From assembly GCF_963921235.1 (NCBI RefSeq), contig NC_086097.1, forward strand, positions 89,034,001 to 89,098,000: a stretch of 64,000 bases of DNA. Reading direction: 5' to 3'. The position numbers and the translations under genes are program-made. This document shows, piece after piece, positions 50,986 through 64,000 of the stretch. The notes under the pieces are model-generated. The model ran no database searches. It was given only the letters and a program-made list of their open reading frames with translations, and was not told the DNA's origin. This DNA is from Mobula hypostoma. Taxonomy: Eukaryota. Each line of letters starts with the position of its first letter. Position 1 is the first letter of the stretch.

Positions 50986-52519
50986 TCTATCACTACGGCT
51001 CTATATCATTAACAGTTAAACCAAAATTAATGCCAAGTGCAACATCATACATCTCACAACTGTCCCATTGACCCCATATATACAAGAGAGCTACTCTGAG
51101 GTTTTATGGAGGTGGGATTTTATATATACATCAAATTTAGTAAAGTTCATGACATTGGTGACATCATCATTCTGCGGTTAGTGCTGATGCCTCACAACCC
51201 CAGAGACCCAGAGGTTTGATTCTGACCTACCACTTCCCAAAGACATGCTGACAGACCACTCTAATTAGCTGCTGTAAATTACCCTCTAATGTGAGTAAGT
51301 AGGGAAAGAATAAGAAGGGAATGGATGACCATGTGGGAGGCCATATGTTACAGGGCTGCAGAAAAATAAAGAGGGGGAAATGGGGGCTCATGGGATTACC
51401 GTGTTGGAAGCTAGCATGAAGTTGATGGGCCAAACGGTCTCCTTCAGCCCTGTAATATTGAAGACAGTGGAATAATTGGATCAAGTTCAAATTGACTTGT
51501 ATAATATTGACTTCTGAGGAATTGATTTGAATTTGAGAATTGGCTTATTACAGTGTCACTTTCACCTTGGTTAGCAGCAGATATTAATAAGTATGATTAT
51601 GCAGTGATGTTTATCTCTCTCTAATCCTTTCTGCATAACTTTAATCTTTTATGAGCTATTGATTTCAAACTGACACAATAACATTAACCAATATTTCCAC
51701 TCCACTTATTACCTTAACATAGTATTTCCCTTTGAGCTTGTAGTACTCCTTTCATTAAGGACTAATCCAAAATTGCATCATACTTGCAGACAAGGAGATA
51801 CCGACAGAAATTGAGGACCAGGTCTATTGTAGCTCTCTTGGAACAATGTACTCCAATCAGTCCCTGACCTCTCTCACTCCACAGCCTCACAGTCCTTTGA
51901 CCATACACAGTTGCTTCCACCTCCTCCCTATGGCCCACAAGCAGGATTGCCCTGGCTGACCACTGCTGAAGTCTGTCCTTAGACCACCCAATGTACTTCC
52001 CCAACCTTGACTGAATTCTTTCTCCCCTTTGCTGGTCTGCTCCCAGTTATATACATGACACCTCCATTGCCTTATGCCATTTTAACTGCTTCCAATAGAC
52101 CCATCTGGCTCACTTTCCAATCCCATGCAAAGTCCTGCAACAGAGAAACAGGCCCTTTGATCTATCTTGCTGACCAAGATTCCCATCAAAGCCAGTCCAT
52201 TTGCCCACATTTGGTCCATATTTCTCTAAAACTTTCTATGTACCTGTGTAAGTACCTTTTAAATGTTTTTAATGTACCTGCATCAACCACTTCGTCTGTC
52301 AGCTCATTTCATTTACTGGTCACCCTCTAGGTGAAAAAGTTGCTCCTCAGGTCCCTATTATATATCTCCCCTCTCCCATTAAACGTATCCCTTCAAGTTC
52401 TTGATTCCCCAACCTGCGGGAAAAAGAAACCCTGTACATTCACCCCATTACGTCCGACCTAGACCACCTACCATCACACTGCATCAGAGACGTGGGTTCA
52501 ATCTTGACCACAAGTTAAA

Positions 52520-52950
52520 GTCAAAGTCAATTTATTATCAAAGCATGTATATGTCACCATAATACTACCATGGGATTCATTTACTTGCAGACACTTACAG
52601 AAGAATAAAGAAATACAATAGAATTTATGAATAACTATTCATAAACAAAAACTGACATACAATCAATATATAAAGGAAGCCAAACTGTGCGAATAAATAA
52701 ATAATACTGAGAATCTGAAGAGTAGAGTACTTGAAAGTAGGCTGTGGAAACAGTTCGGAGTTGAGGTGAGTGAAATTCTCCTGATGGTTGAAGGGTAATA
52801 ACTGTTTCTGAACCTGTTGGTGTGGTATCTAAGGCTCCTGTACCTCCTGCCTGATGGTAGCAGTGACAAGAGAGCAAGGCCTGGATGGTGGGTGCTGCTT
52901 TCTTGCGCCAGCACTCCTTGTAAATGTGTTGAATGGTGGGTAGGCCTATC
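52520..52950 (-). mobile_element. Rex1/L2-like LINE 3' fragment
   Basis: HHPGLALLSLLPSGRRYRSLRYHTNRFRNSYYP. Confidence 0.8.
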
Positions 52951-53484
52951 ACTCGTGTGGAATTTTCACATTCTGAAAATGACCACATGGGTTGCATTTC
53001 CTCCCACATCCCAAAGATGTGTGTCTGTGTAAGTGTACGCAGGTGAAGTGGTAAATGTAACTGCTCCTAGCATGAAGACAGTGGTGGGAGCTTGAATGTG
53101 TTGATAAGAATGTTGGAAGCGAATCAATGCAGAATTAGTGTATGGATGGATGGTTGCCATGGACAGATTGAGCCAAAGGTCCAAAGGTCCTGCTGTATCT
53201 CTGGCTCTAGCCCTACCAGGAGAGCAACAGTGTCATTCCGTTCTTTCTTGAATAGACCCCAATTACATGCCTCCATCACCACTCTCCATTGACTGGCCGG
53301 ACACTACATTGTAAGCTCAGCTCACTTTCTCCAAATCATAATAAATCATAGCTATAGAAACCCTTGAGTGTCAAATCTACACCCATCTCTTCGTGGCATA
53401 TGTGAAACATTTCTTACTTCATTCCTACTTGAACCTTCTTCCTCACCTCTTTGATGGCTTATTAATCATTCAGATTTAATTCTA

Positions 53485-56400
53485 CATAGAATCAGAAAAA
53501 CATAGAATACCTACAGCACAACCAGGCCCTTCGGCCCACAATGCTGTGCCGAACATGTACTGACTTTAGAAATTACCTAGGGTTACCCATAGCTCTCTAT
53601 TTTTCTAAGCTCCATGTACCTATCCAGGAGTCTCTTAAAAGACCCTATCGTATCAGCCTCCACCACCATTGCCGACAGCCCATTCCACGCACTCATCACT
53701 CCCTGCGTAAAAAACTTATCCCTGACATCCCCTTGGTACCTACTTCCAAGCACCTTAAAACTGTGTCTTCTTGTGTTAGCCATTTCAGCCCTGGGAAAAA
53801 GCCTCTGACTATCCACACAATCAATGCCTCTCACCATCTTATACACCTCTATCAGGTCACCTCTCATCCTCGCTCACTCCAAGGAGAAAAGGCCAAGTTC
53901 ACTCAACCTGTTCTCATAAGGCATGCTCCCCAATCCAGGCAACATCCTTGTAAGTCTCCTCTGCACCCTTTCTATGGTTTCCACATCCTTCGTGGAGTGA
54001 GGTGACCAGACTGAGCACAGTACTCCAAGTGGGGTCTGACCAGCGTCCTACATAGTTGTAACATTACTTCTTGGCTTCTAAATTCAATCCCACGATTGAT
54101 GAAAGCCAATGCACCATTATGCCTTCTTAACCACACGGTCAACCTGCGCAGCTGCTTTGAGTGTCCTATGGACTCAGACTCTAAGATCCCTCTGATCCTC
54201 CACACTGCCAAGAGTCTTACCATTATTACTATATTCTGCCATCATATTTGACCTACCAAAATGAACCACCTCACACTTATCTGAGTTGAACTCCATCTGC
54301 CACTTCTCAGCCCAGTTTTGCATCATGTCAATGTCCCACTATAACCTCTGACAGCCCTCCACACTATCCACAACACCCACAACCTTTGTGTCATCAGCAA
54401 ATTTACTAACCCATCCCTCCACTTCCTCATCCAGGTCATTTATAAAAATCACAAAGAGAAGGGATCCCAGAACAGATCCCTGAGGGACACCACTGGTCGC
54501 CGACCTCCATGCAGAATATGACCCATCTACAACCACTCTTTGCCGTCTGTGGGCAAGCCAATTCTGGATCCACAAAGCAATTTTCCCTTGGATCCCACAC
54601 TTGCTTTCTTTCTCAATAAGCCTTGCATGGGGTATCTTATCCTATGCCTTGCTGAAATCCATATACACTACATCTACTGCTCTTCCTTCATCAATATGTT
54701 TAGTTACATCCTCAAAAAATTCAATCAGGCTCGTAAGGCACAACCTGCCCTTGACAAAGCCATGCTGACTACTCCTAATCATATTATACCTCTCCAAATG
54801 TTCATAAATCCTGCCTCTCAGGAACTTCTCCATCAACTTACCAACCACTGAGGTAAAATTCACTGATCTATAATTTCTTAGGCTATCTCTACTCCCTTTC
54901 TTGAATAAAGGAACAACATCCGCAGCCCTCAAATCCTCCGGAACCTCTCCCGTCCCCATTGATGATGCAAAGGTCATCACCAGAGGCTTGGCAAGCTCCT
55001 CACTCGCTTCCCACAGTAGCCTGGGGTACATCTTGTCCAGTCCCAGTGACTTATCCAACCTGATGCTTTCGAAAAGCTCCAGCACATCCTCTTTCTTAAT
55101 ATCTATATGCTCAAGCTTTTCAGTCCACTGTAAGTCATCCCTACAATCGCCAAGATCCTTTTTCGTAGTAAATACTGAAGCAAAGTATTGATTAAGTACC
55201 TCTGCTACCTCCTCCGGTTCTATACACATTTTTCCACTGTCACACCTGATTGGTCCTATTCTCTCAAGCCTTATCCTCTTGCTCTTCACATACTTGTAGA
55301 ATGCCCTGGGGTTTCCGTTAATCCTGCCCGCCAAATTCCTCTCATGGCCCCTTCTGGCTCTCCTAATTTCATTCTTAAACTCCTTCCTGCTAGCCTTATA
55401 ATCCTAGATCTCTATCATTACCTAGTTTAATGAACCTTTCGTATGCTGTTCTTTTCTTCTTCACTAGATTTAAAACAGCCTTTGTACACCACGGTTCCTG
55501 TACCCTACCATCATTTCCCTGTCTCATTGGAACGTACCTATGCAGAACTCCACACAAATATCCCCTGAACATTTGCCACACTTCTGCCGTACATTTCCCT
55601 GAGAACATCTGTTCCCAATTTATGCTTCCAAATTCCTGCATGATAGCCTCATATTTCCCCTTACTCCAATTAAACACTTTCCTAACTTGTCTGATTCTTT
55701 CCCTCTCCAATGCTATGGTAAAGGAAATAGAATTGTGATCACTATCTCCAAAATGCTCTCCCACTGAGAGATTAGATACCTGACCAGGTTCATTTCCCAA
55801 TACCAGATCAAGTACAGCCTCTCCTCTTGTAGGCTTACCTACATATTGTGTCCAGAAACCTTCCTGAACACACCTAACATCCCAACTAAACCCCTTGCCA
55901 AACAATATTTGGGAATTTAAAATCTCCCACCACAACAACCCTGTTATTATTACACCTTTCCAGAATCTGTCTCCCTATCTGCTCCTATCTCCCTGTTACT
56001 ATTGGATGGTCTATAAAAATACCAGTAGAGTTATTGACCCCTTCCTGTTTCTAATTTCCACTCACAGAGACTCCGTAGACAATCCCTACATAACTTCTTC
56101 CTTTTCTGCAGCCGTGACACTATCTCTCATCAACAGTGCCACGCCCCCACCTCTTTTGCCTCCCTCACTGTCCTTTCTGAAACATATAAAGCCTGGCACT
56201 CTAAGTAGCCATTCCTGTCCCTAAACCATCCAAGTCTGTGTAATGGCCACAACATCATAGCTCCAAGTACTGATCCACGATCTAAGCTCATCCACTTTGT
56301 TCATAATATGCCTTGCATTAAAATAGACACATCTCAAACCATCGGTCTGAGCGCATCCCCTCTCTATCACTTGCCTATCCTCCCTCTTGCACTGTCTCCA

Positions 56401-56670
56401 AGCTTTCTCTATTTGTGAGCCAACCACCCCTTCCTCCATCTCTTCAGTTTGGTTCTTACCCCCCAGCAATTCTAGTTTAAACTCTCACCTATGGCCTTAT
56501 CAAACCTCCCTGCCAGGATATTGGTCCCCCTCAGATTCAAGTGCAACCCGTCCTTTTTGTACAGGTCACGCCTGCCTCAAAAGAGATCCCAGTGATCCAG
56601 AAATCTGAATCCCTGCCCCCTGCTCCAATCCCTCAGCTACGTATTTATCCTCCACCTCATTCTATTCCTA
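53485..56670 (-). mobile_element. CR1 LINE (ORF1 end plus ORF2 with internal deletion and frameshifts)
   Basis: CVYFNARHIMNKVDELR; PTRGEAVLDLVL...GDSDHN; QHGFVKGRLCLTSL...[21 protein letters not shown]...KFADDTK; RGDLIEVYK. ttctatg-type tail. Confidence 0.92.
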
Positions 56671-57457
56671 TACTCACTTATCACTGTCATTCTATTCCTA
56701 TACTCAATTCTCTCCTCATATCCTTCAAATATTTCTTTGCCTCCATCATCATTTGTATCATTAGATTTCTCCTGGTTCCTATCCCATTACAGACCTTCCC
56801 TTTTGCTCATCTTGACCCAACCACTTTCCTAATGAACCTGCACTTCACACCATCCACTCACTGCCTTCCTTTGTAATTTAAAATGTGTTTCAGTTAACAC
56901 CTCCAGCACTTTTCTGTTTTTCTTTCCTCATATAATATTGCTTTAAATCTTCTTCATTAATCATGTATTTCTAGTCACTTATCTTGATAAGGTCTGAAGT
57001 GATTCAATGTCACATTTTGTTGAAATATCTACTGCTGGGGTATTATTATTATGTTACAGTTACGATGGAAATATAAGTCATTTCTGTTGCTGATGCAGTC
57101 CTCCCTCTGACCTTATCAACCTCCTCTTACAATTGACATTTAATATTTATGCAGGTTACACGCTGGAGCCCAAAAATAGAAGCCGTGTTTCCAGCCTGCT
57201 AGACATATGTGATGACATTGTCCTTGGACTGAGCAATGTAAAAGCAATTTCCACTGCTATTTACACCTTATAATATTAATGAGACTACCATTTTACCAGG
57301 GCAAGGACTAAATAGAAATACACAGCTTTGAACAAATTAGCAAAGTTAAATTATATTGCAGGTACACACATTTAAATCAAACATCTCTGGTTTACACAGG
57401 AATAATAGTAGGTCTCAGCTGAATAATGCATTCATTTCTAGGCACCACACTCTAGAA

Positions 57458-57537
57458 CAGGGGGTCGCAAGGTTTTTTATGCCATGGACCCCTACCATAA
57501 ACAAAGGGGTCCATGGACCCCAGATTGGGAAACCCTG
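57458..57537. mobile_element. 80-bp hAT-type MITE
   Basis: cagggg...aaccctg termini, internal palindrome ccatggacccct / aggggtccatgg, 8-bp TSD ctctagaa / ctctagag. Confidence 0.8.
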
Positions 57538-57841
57538 CTCTAGAGGCTTTGTAGAGGTCTTGTCCTAGAATTATACATGGAATGAGGAACTTATGTGAAT
57601 AGACTAGAGAAACTGGAATCCTTCTCCTTAGAACAGGGAAGGTTATAGGAGGTATAATGGAGATGTTCAAAATCATGTAGGTTCCCTATTAGAGTAGAGG
57701 AAATGAAACTGCTTCACTGGCAATGTTTTAATAATGAGGACACATTTAATGTACTATGTTGTCATCTGGTTTGCCATGGCTGAAACTCTTTGGAAGCAAA
57801 TTGAAAAAGGAATTTCCAAAAGGAAATTAGATAAATACATG

Positions 57842-59043
57842 GTATTTTACGGTTTTTGGATTTATTTTTAGATGGTTCCCTTATGTCTTTTGAACAATTA
57901 TCTAATAAATATAACCTATCAAGAATACATTTTTTTAGATATTTACAAGTTAGAAATTTTCTAAGTACTATACTTCCTTCCTTTCCAATGCTTCCTCCTA
58001 TATATATTTTAGATTCGATAATTAACCTTAATCCATGTCAGAAAGGTGCATCGGCTATGATTTATAATATTATTATGAAACTCAGGAAAGCTCCATTTGA
58101 TAAGATTAGGGTAGATTGGGAACAGGAATTGGGGCTTACCATTTCTGTGGATGATTGGGGGCAGATTTTACAATTAGTTAATACTTCCTCTATTTGTGCT
58201 AAACATTCCCTAATTCAATTTAAAGTGGTGCATAGAGCACATATGTCCAAAGATAAGTTAGCGCGTTTTTACTCGCATATTAATCCTTTCTGTGATAGAT
58301 GTTCGGGGCAGATAGCCTCTTTAACTCATATGTTTTGGTCTTGCCCTACTTTGGAAACTTTTTGGAGAGATATTTTCAATATTATTTCTAAGGTATTAAA
58401 TATAGATATCTCTCCTCACCCTATTACTGCTATCTTTGGACTACCTAAAATTTCTAGTAATCTTTCCCCTTCAGCCCGTAGAATGATTGCATTTCTTACT
58501 TTAATGGCGAAAAGATGTATTTTACAACATTGGAAAGAGCTTAATGCTCCAACTACCTTTTTTTGGTTTTCTCAGACGATTTTATGTTTGAATCTGGAGA
58601 AAATTAGAAGTAACCTTTATGATTCTTCATTTAAATTTGAACAGATTTGGGGACCTTTTATTCGATATTTTCATTTAATGTAATATTTACCCTTCTTGTT
58701 TTTTTTTCACTGTTTTAATGGAGGTCGGGATTGAGGACGTGATTTTAAGTTTAACTCTGTTTGGTTTCAAGTTAGCCCATTGCTTTGCTTTGCTTTTAGT
58801 TAGTTGCACGGTGGGTTTTTTTTTGGGGGTTTTTTTTTCTTTTTTTCCATTGATATATATAAAATCTAGTATACTATTATGTTATCTTGGTTTCTTATGC
58901 TTAAATTACATTGTTTGTAGTATTTTCTTTTTGGTATTGTTATCTTTTGGAATTTTATTATACTTTAACATTGTATTAATGTTTATATGGCTTACTTTTT
59001 TTGTATACTTACTCAATAAAAAGATTTAAAAAGAAAAGAAAGA
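57842..59043 (+). mobile_element. 5'-truncated L1-clade LINE (ORF2 C-terminus, 3' UTR, A-rich tail)
   Basis: Uninterrupted ORF 57856-58683 with the Cys/His motif CDRC...LTHMFWSC, T-rich 3' UTR, AATAAA near 59015 and an A-rich tail. 11-bp TSD ataaatacatg (57831-57841, 59044-59054). Confidence 0.9.
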
Positions 59044-60367
59044 ATAAATACATGAAAAAAATTACAGAATTTGGAAAAGAAGTGTTGGATTAACACCAGT
59101 ACTCAAAGGAGCTGGAGGAAATCAGTGACTCAGGCAGCATCTACTGAGGGAAATGGACAGTCGATAGTTCATGTTGAGAACCTTCACCAGGACTGAACAG
59201 GATTAATAGGATGCCTTTCCCGAAGATTGCCACAGGCATGGTAAGTTTAATGATCTTTCTTAAGGGGGAGCGGATAACAACATAATTAACTGTGAAACCT
59301 GGGTGACATAAGATAATGAAAGGTGCAAATTTCATGGATTTCAATCCTTGACAAGAAACCCACTTTATTCAACCTTCACATAGCATTAATTTTCTGACTC
59401 ATGCATCCTAAGTGTCAGACACAGACTGCATGGAATCGGTAAATCGATTCTAATGTTCAGTTGGTGAAGCATTTCAGGAGTCAGAGGAAACTGGAAAGGG
59501 TAATTGAAGCAGGACATACAAAGGTAATCCATTTCAAAAGATTTATTTTTAAGATTATGGAGCTTTGAATTAAATAAATTCTCTACATCTGCCCTGGGGA
59601 ATCCTACATTTTAAACTCATTGAGCAGTCCTCAGATTTTTATACTTCAGTGAATACAAGCCAAGTCCATACAATCCTTCGGCTCAACTGAGCTAATGTGA
59701 TTAAGCCAATCTCCCTACAGGTGCAAGTTCAGCCAGGAAAGGTTGTGAGTGATCTACCACTGATAAAATCACATTTATATGCAAATTCCACACAAAAATG
59801 GTGTGTGAATAATTTCAATTTCTATGCCATGCTCTCTAGATCTAGCCCATCAAGCAGTTCAATATTTCCTGTAATTATAAATGCAGTCTTCATATTATTA
59901 TTTTATTTTGTTTTGATTCTCCAATTCATATAAATCTTTATTTAACCTAATGGGGGCACAAATCATGCTAATAATCTCTAATTTAATATTAATTTATCTG
60001 CATTTTTTTACATCTCTCTCTCTCTCTAAAAGTGAACCCTGGTGTGTCCAGAGCTATCTGAAGACTCTAAGGACAATGCATTTGTTAAATTTTCATCCAT
60101 CACTAATTGCTTGTTGGCTACAATATGTTAGATTCTTGGTAACCACATACCCACTGCAATTTTATCATAGGTTTAGTTGACAAACATCATAGCACAGCAT
60201 CAATAGGACTTGGTGCAAATAGTCAAAAAGTTTACCACGGTCATAATTTTATACCTATGGGATCATTCAATCTTATTTACAGACAATTGGATATAGAAAA
60301 ATACGCCCTCCAATTATTTTTTGAAAACTAAACACTGAACTTTGGAGAGTTAACATTGAATTTTGGA

Positions 60368-60592
60368 ACACACATCAAAGTTGCTGGTGAACGCAGCAGG
60401 CCAAGCAGCATCTGTAGGAAGAGGTGCAGTCGACGTTTCAGGCCGAGACCCTTCGTCAGGGTACGAAGGGTCTTGGCCTGAAACGTCGACTGCACCTCTT
60501 CCTACAGATGCTGCTTGGCCTGCTGCGTTCACCAGCAACTTTGATGTGTGTTGCTTGAATTTCCAGCATCTGCAGAATTCCTGTTGTTTGCG
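60368..60592. mobile_element. Penelope-derived fold-back hairpin mini-element
   Basis: 90-nt arms 60367-60456 and 60463-60552 with one mismatch and a 6-nt loop, the PLE 3' end to 60592, and a 13-bp TSD attgaattttgga (60355-60367, 60593-60605). Confidence 0.92.
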
Positions 60593-60809
60593 ATTGAATT
60601 TTGGAGAAGGATTTCCTGATATATTCTGCGCCAGAGTGTCAAAGTACTTTGTGAATTTGCTATTTGCTCTCATTTTTTAAAATGCTATGCAGAACTTCAA
60701 AGAAGCTTTTTTTGTGCATCTGTCCAAGCAAAACGTCAGCTATTCATTTCCCTCCATAGATGCTGCCTGACCTGCTGAGTTGCTCCAGCATTTCGTGTGT
60801 GCAGCTCGT

Positions 60810-61580
60810 CAAGTCTATGTCATCTCTCAAAGCAATCCCATCAATTTCATACACCCATTTAATTGTCTGTAACCCATTCTTCCTAATGTGCTCATCAACT
60901 CTCTTCGGATTCTCTTTCCTCCACCGACACGAAGGGTGATTTAGAGTGGCCAGTTAAACTACCAACACATCTCTGGAATGTGAGAGGAAAGCAGAGCACT
61001 GTAGGAGTGGGCGGAGGTTGTGTGGGTGGTAACAGGGAGAACCTGTAAAGTCCGCACAGTCAGATCTGATGGACGGGTCAATTCCAAGTTACCAGTGGTG
61101 TAAGGAAGTAGCACCAGCTGCTGTCCTGTTGCTTCACCCTCATGCAGAAGGTCATGCCAGCCTCTAATGTTTTTAACTGGACCTCACTCACATACTCCAT
61201 CCACACTTACTTTGCAGTCCCTTCAACACTAGCATAAATTGGGTACAATCTACAAACTTGATGGGGTGCATAGAACAAAGTATGTCTGAGCTTCACCCTG
61301 GGAACTGATCGTATAATGATCCACAGGTAGTGGGGTGGGATCATATGTGGCCCTTGTCTCCCCGTGTGGGCTTCCTCCAGGTGCTCCAGATGCAAGGGTT
61401 GGTAGGTTAATTGTCTGCTTTAAATTGCCCCTACGAGTGGTAAAATCTGATGGGTGCTGATAGAATGTAGGAAGAATAGGAGTATTACGGGATTAGTGTC
61501 AATGGATGATTGAGGGATAGTGCAGACTTGGTGGGCTAAAGGGCCTGATTTTTTACTGTGTTTCTCTATGACTCCATGAG
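60810..61580. mobile_element. Two decayed V-SINE copies in opposite orientations
   Basis: Minus-strand core near 60970-61060 (ggaatgtgagaggaaagcagagcac) and plus-strand core near 61355-61580 (tctccccgtgtgggcttcctccaggtgctcc...ctctatgactc). Confidence 0.5.
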
Positions 61581-62154
61581 AACCATTATGAAGTGTGAAT
61601 AAGATCTAGTGTTAGTAAGGGTGGGGCCGGCAAATTTTTGGCTGAACATGACTCTGATGACCAACAGAAAGCTTACCGGTGTTGTATTAGAATACCTAGG
61701 TTCAGAGGGATCCAAAATGTGAAAGAGAGTGTCCACAGCAGGTGAACTGAGGCAGGGGTGGGAGCAGCGTTATGGAGGTGGATGTTGGCCTTGGTGACAC
61801 AACAAACATGGTTGAAGTTCACATCAGGTTCAAGTACAACATCAAGGCTATGAAAAGTCTGTGAGGGAGCCAGTGAAGCATTAGTCACACTAGTGGAAGA
61901 GGCTAAAACACTGATTATGAATGAACTGAAGGACATCACTGCTAAATCTAGCAAAGAATTCAGGAGAAATGTCACCATATAGAAAATGATTAGTGTGTGG
62001 TGCAAAGTACCACATGGACTATTTTAGATTAAGTATTTCTGAAGAATAATCTGTAGGTTAGATCAGATGAAGGGGCAAAATTGTTGTGAAAACTCTGTCC
62101 CATACAATCTGCCTTCATCATGACAATTTCCAATAGCCTCTAGACAAGAGAGTG

Positions 62155-62975
62155 ACTCCCTTGTCCATGTCCATTCCCATTGATCTCTCTTCTAGCACTA
62201 TCCCTGCAGGAGGAACAAACGCTACACCTGTGTCCACATCTCCTTTCTCACCACCATTAATGGTCCTACCAGGTGAGGCAACTGTGGATCTGTTGTGGTA
62301 TCTACTGTATTAGTGTTCCTGTTGCGGCCTCCTCCAAATGGGGGGGACCCGATGTAGATTGGGGCTTTTGCTCTGTCTGCCACCGATTTCAATTTGACTT
62401 CCCATTCCCATTTTGACGTGTCAGTCCATGGCCTCCTCTACTGCCACAATGAGGCTTCAATCAGGTTGGAAGAGCAACACCTCATATTCCATGTGGGATG
62501 CCTCCAGCCTGATGACATGAACATTGATTTCCCTAACATCTGGTAATTTCTTCACCCCCCCTTCTCTCTTTTTCCAATCCCCATTCTGGATCCCGTCATA
62601 CCCCTTCTCTTCCGCTCACCTCGCCTGATTCCTTCCCTTCTTTCATTTCCCCCTTGGTCCACTGTTGTCTCCTATCAGATTCCTCCTTCTCCAGCCCTTT
62701 TTCCATTTCCACCTATCACATCCCAGATTCTTACTTTATTCCCCCTCCCACATACACCCAATCTCCCCCTCACCTGGTTTCACCTATCACCTGCCAGCTT
62801 GTACTCTTTCCCCTCCCCCAACCTGCATTATCATGGCTTCCTCTCCCTTCCTTTCCAATTCTCAAAAGAATGACTCCTGTCCATAGACGCTATCGGACCT
62901 GCTGAGTTCCTCCAGCATTGTGTGTGTGTGTGTGTGTATGTTGCTCTGGATTTGTAGCATCTACAGAATCTCTTA
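62155..62975 (+). mobile_element. Old Penelope-like 3' fragment
   Basis: ggcctcctctactgccacaatgagg...ggttggaagagcaacacctcatattc...ctccagcctgatgacatgaacattga matches the GIY-YIG tail, and a pLTR end is present. Confidence 0.7.
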
Positions 62976-64000
62976 TATTTCCCATTCCCTGACCATCCAT
63001 TCAAACAGACCCCATTCCTACCCAATCCTCTGTCCCAGCCCAATAGCCGTCTGTCTAGCTCTGTTGTTATGTGCTCCAATCCCTCTTTACCAATCTGAGA
63101 TGGTGGTACATGTTTTTCAGTTCCATTGAGATTAGGTGCATAGAGCACTTCAGTATTTATGTTTGTACTGGCTGGTTACTTGATTTTGTTTGTTGTTTAT
63201 TTATTTTATTTGTTGTTTTATAGCATTGAGTATGAGAATTGCAAACTCATTTTCGCTGTATTGGTGCATGACAGATTGTACTATGCAATGACAATAAAGA
63301 TATTTCATTTCATTTTGCAAGGAAACACTAGATGTTTCTAAGAAGCTTACTTCTCATTCAGACTGGATGTATTATTTAACTGCAGAGGTCAATTTGCCAC
63401 ATCATGGGATGAACCAGGTGGAAATTCTGAAAACAATTCCCCATATTCTCATATATTAAAGTGCTGCAGTTCTAGCCCACTCCTGGCCAATACAGTAAAC
63501 TTATCTTGCATCAGTCCCTCATTTTAGTGAGATTTTCCCAGCAGTATTACTGAGAGATTTCAAGTGATTACTCCTGTTATATTAATACTAAATGGCTATT
63601 ACAAATCATTGCAGATTACTCATAACTGAGGATTTAAACCAACCTATAGCTAAAAAGCTTTGACAATATTATTTTATATTTAGTTTTATATTTGTGGAAT
63701 TGCTAGCGCATTATAATTGAAGATCATCAACTAGGGAATCAGACCACCACTAAAAGGCTATTTGGCCCTTCAGATCCATGCTAGTGCCTTGAAAGAAGTG
63801 TTTAATTAGAGCAATGCCCTGTACTGACTGCTAAAATTATTTTTCAAAATTTGAAGCAGTTCAGTAGCTTCACGTAATGCTATTTGCATGTGTCGTTATG
63901 GTCACCACCCCACTGTCAACAATAACAGATTAATCAACAAATACAGCCATTGGTTAAAACTTGTGATCAAGTTGTTCTTACCTGTTGATGAAATGAGCTC

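Noticed and set aside
58718..59029. Hydrophobic 103-aa ORF resembling a membrane protein
   Set aside because: It is the T-rich 3' UTR of the L1 fragment.
60350..60680. Two near-identical ORFs on opposite strands
   Set aside because: A by-product of the DNA palindrome in non-coding pLTR sequence.
1..64000. CRISPR array, rRNA, bona fide tRNA genes or prokaryotic operons
   Set aside because: There is no regularly spaced repeat-spacer array. The tRNA-like boxes belong to SINE heads, and the sequence is vertebrate intronic/intergenic DNA.

Overview
Eukaryotic, repeat-rich vertebrate genomic DNA. The repeat mix (V-SINE/HE1-like SINEs, CR1, Rex1/L2-like LINEs, Penelope) suggests a cartilaginous fish; this is an inference. 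The only host gene I can support is coding exon 1 of a PPP1R14-family PP1 inhibitor (CPI-17/PHI-1/KEPI/GBPI family) on the minus strand at 41050-40871. I could not find its later exons, so 1-40870 is probably intron 1 and 41051-64000 is upstream or intergenic. The rest is mostly transposon debris: Penelope-like elements (PLEs), CR1, Rex1/L2-like, RTE and L1 LINEs, two decayed Gypsy LTR elements, hAT and Tc1 MITEs, and tRNA-derived SINEs. The most notable structure is a PLE family whose 3' terminal repeat carries a minimal hammerhead ribozyme (agtc-CTGAnGA-stem II-GAAA-cgtc-gact) and which repeatedly occurs in inverted form. Examples are a 4.7-kb tail-out palindrome with one RT-containing arm and one RT-deleted, GIY-YIG-intact arm; a 90-bp near-perfect hairpin mini-element folded back at the ribozyme core with a 13-bp TSD; older hairpins of the same design; and an 18-nt 5' inversion. 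Hammerheads and inverted termini are known PLE traits, so any novelty lies in these specific arrangements. Repeat boundaries were read by eye and are approximate unless a TSD is given.
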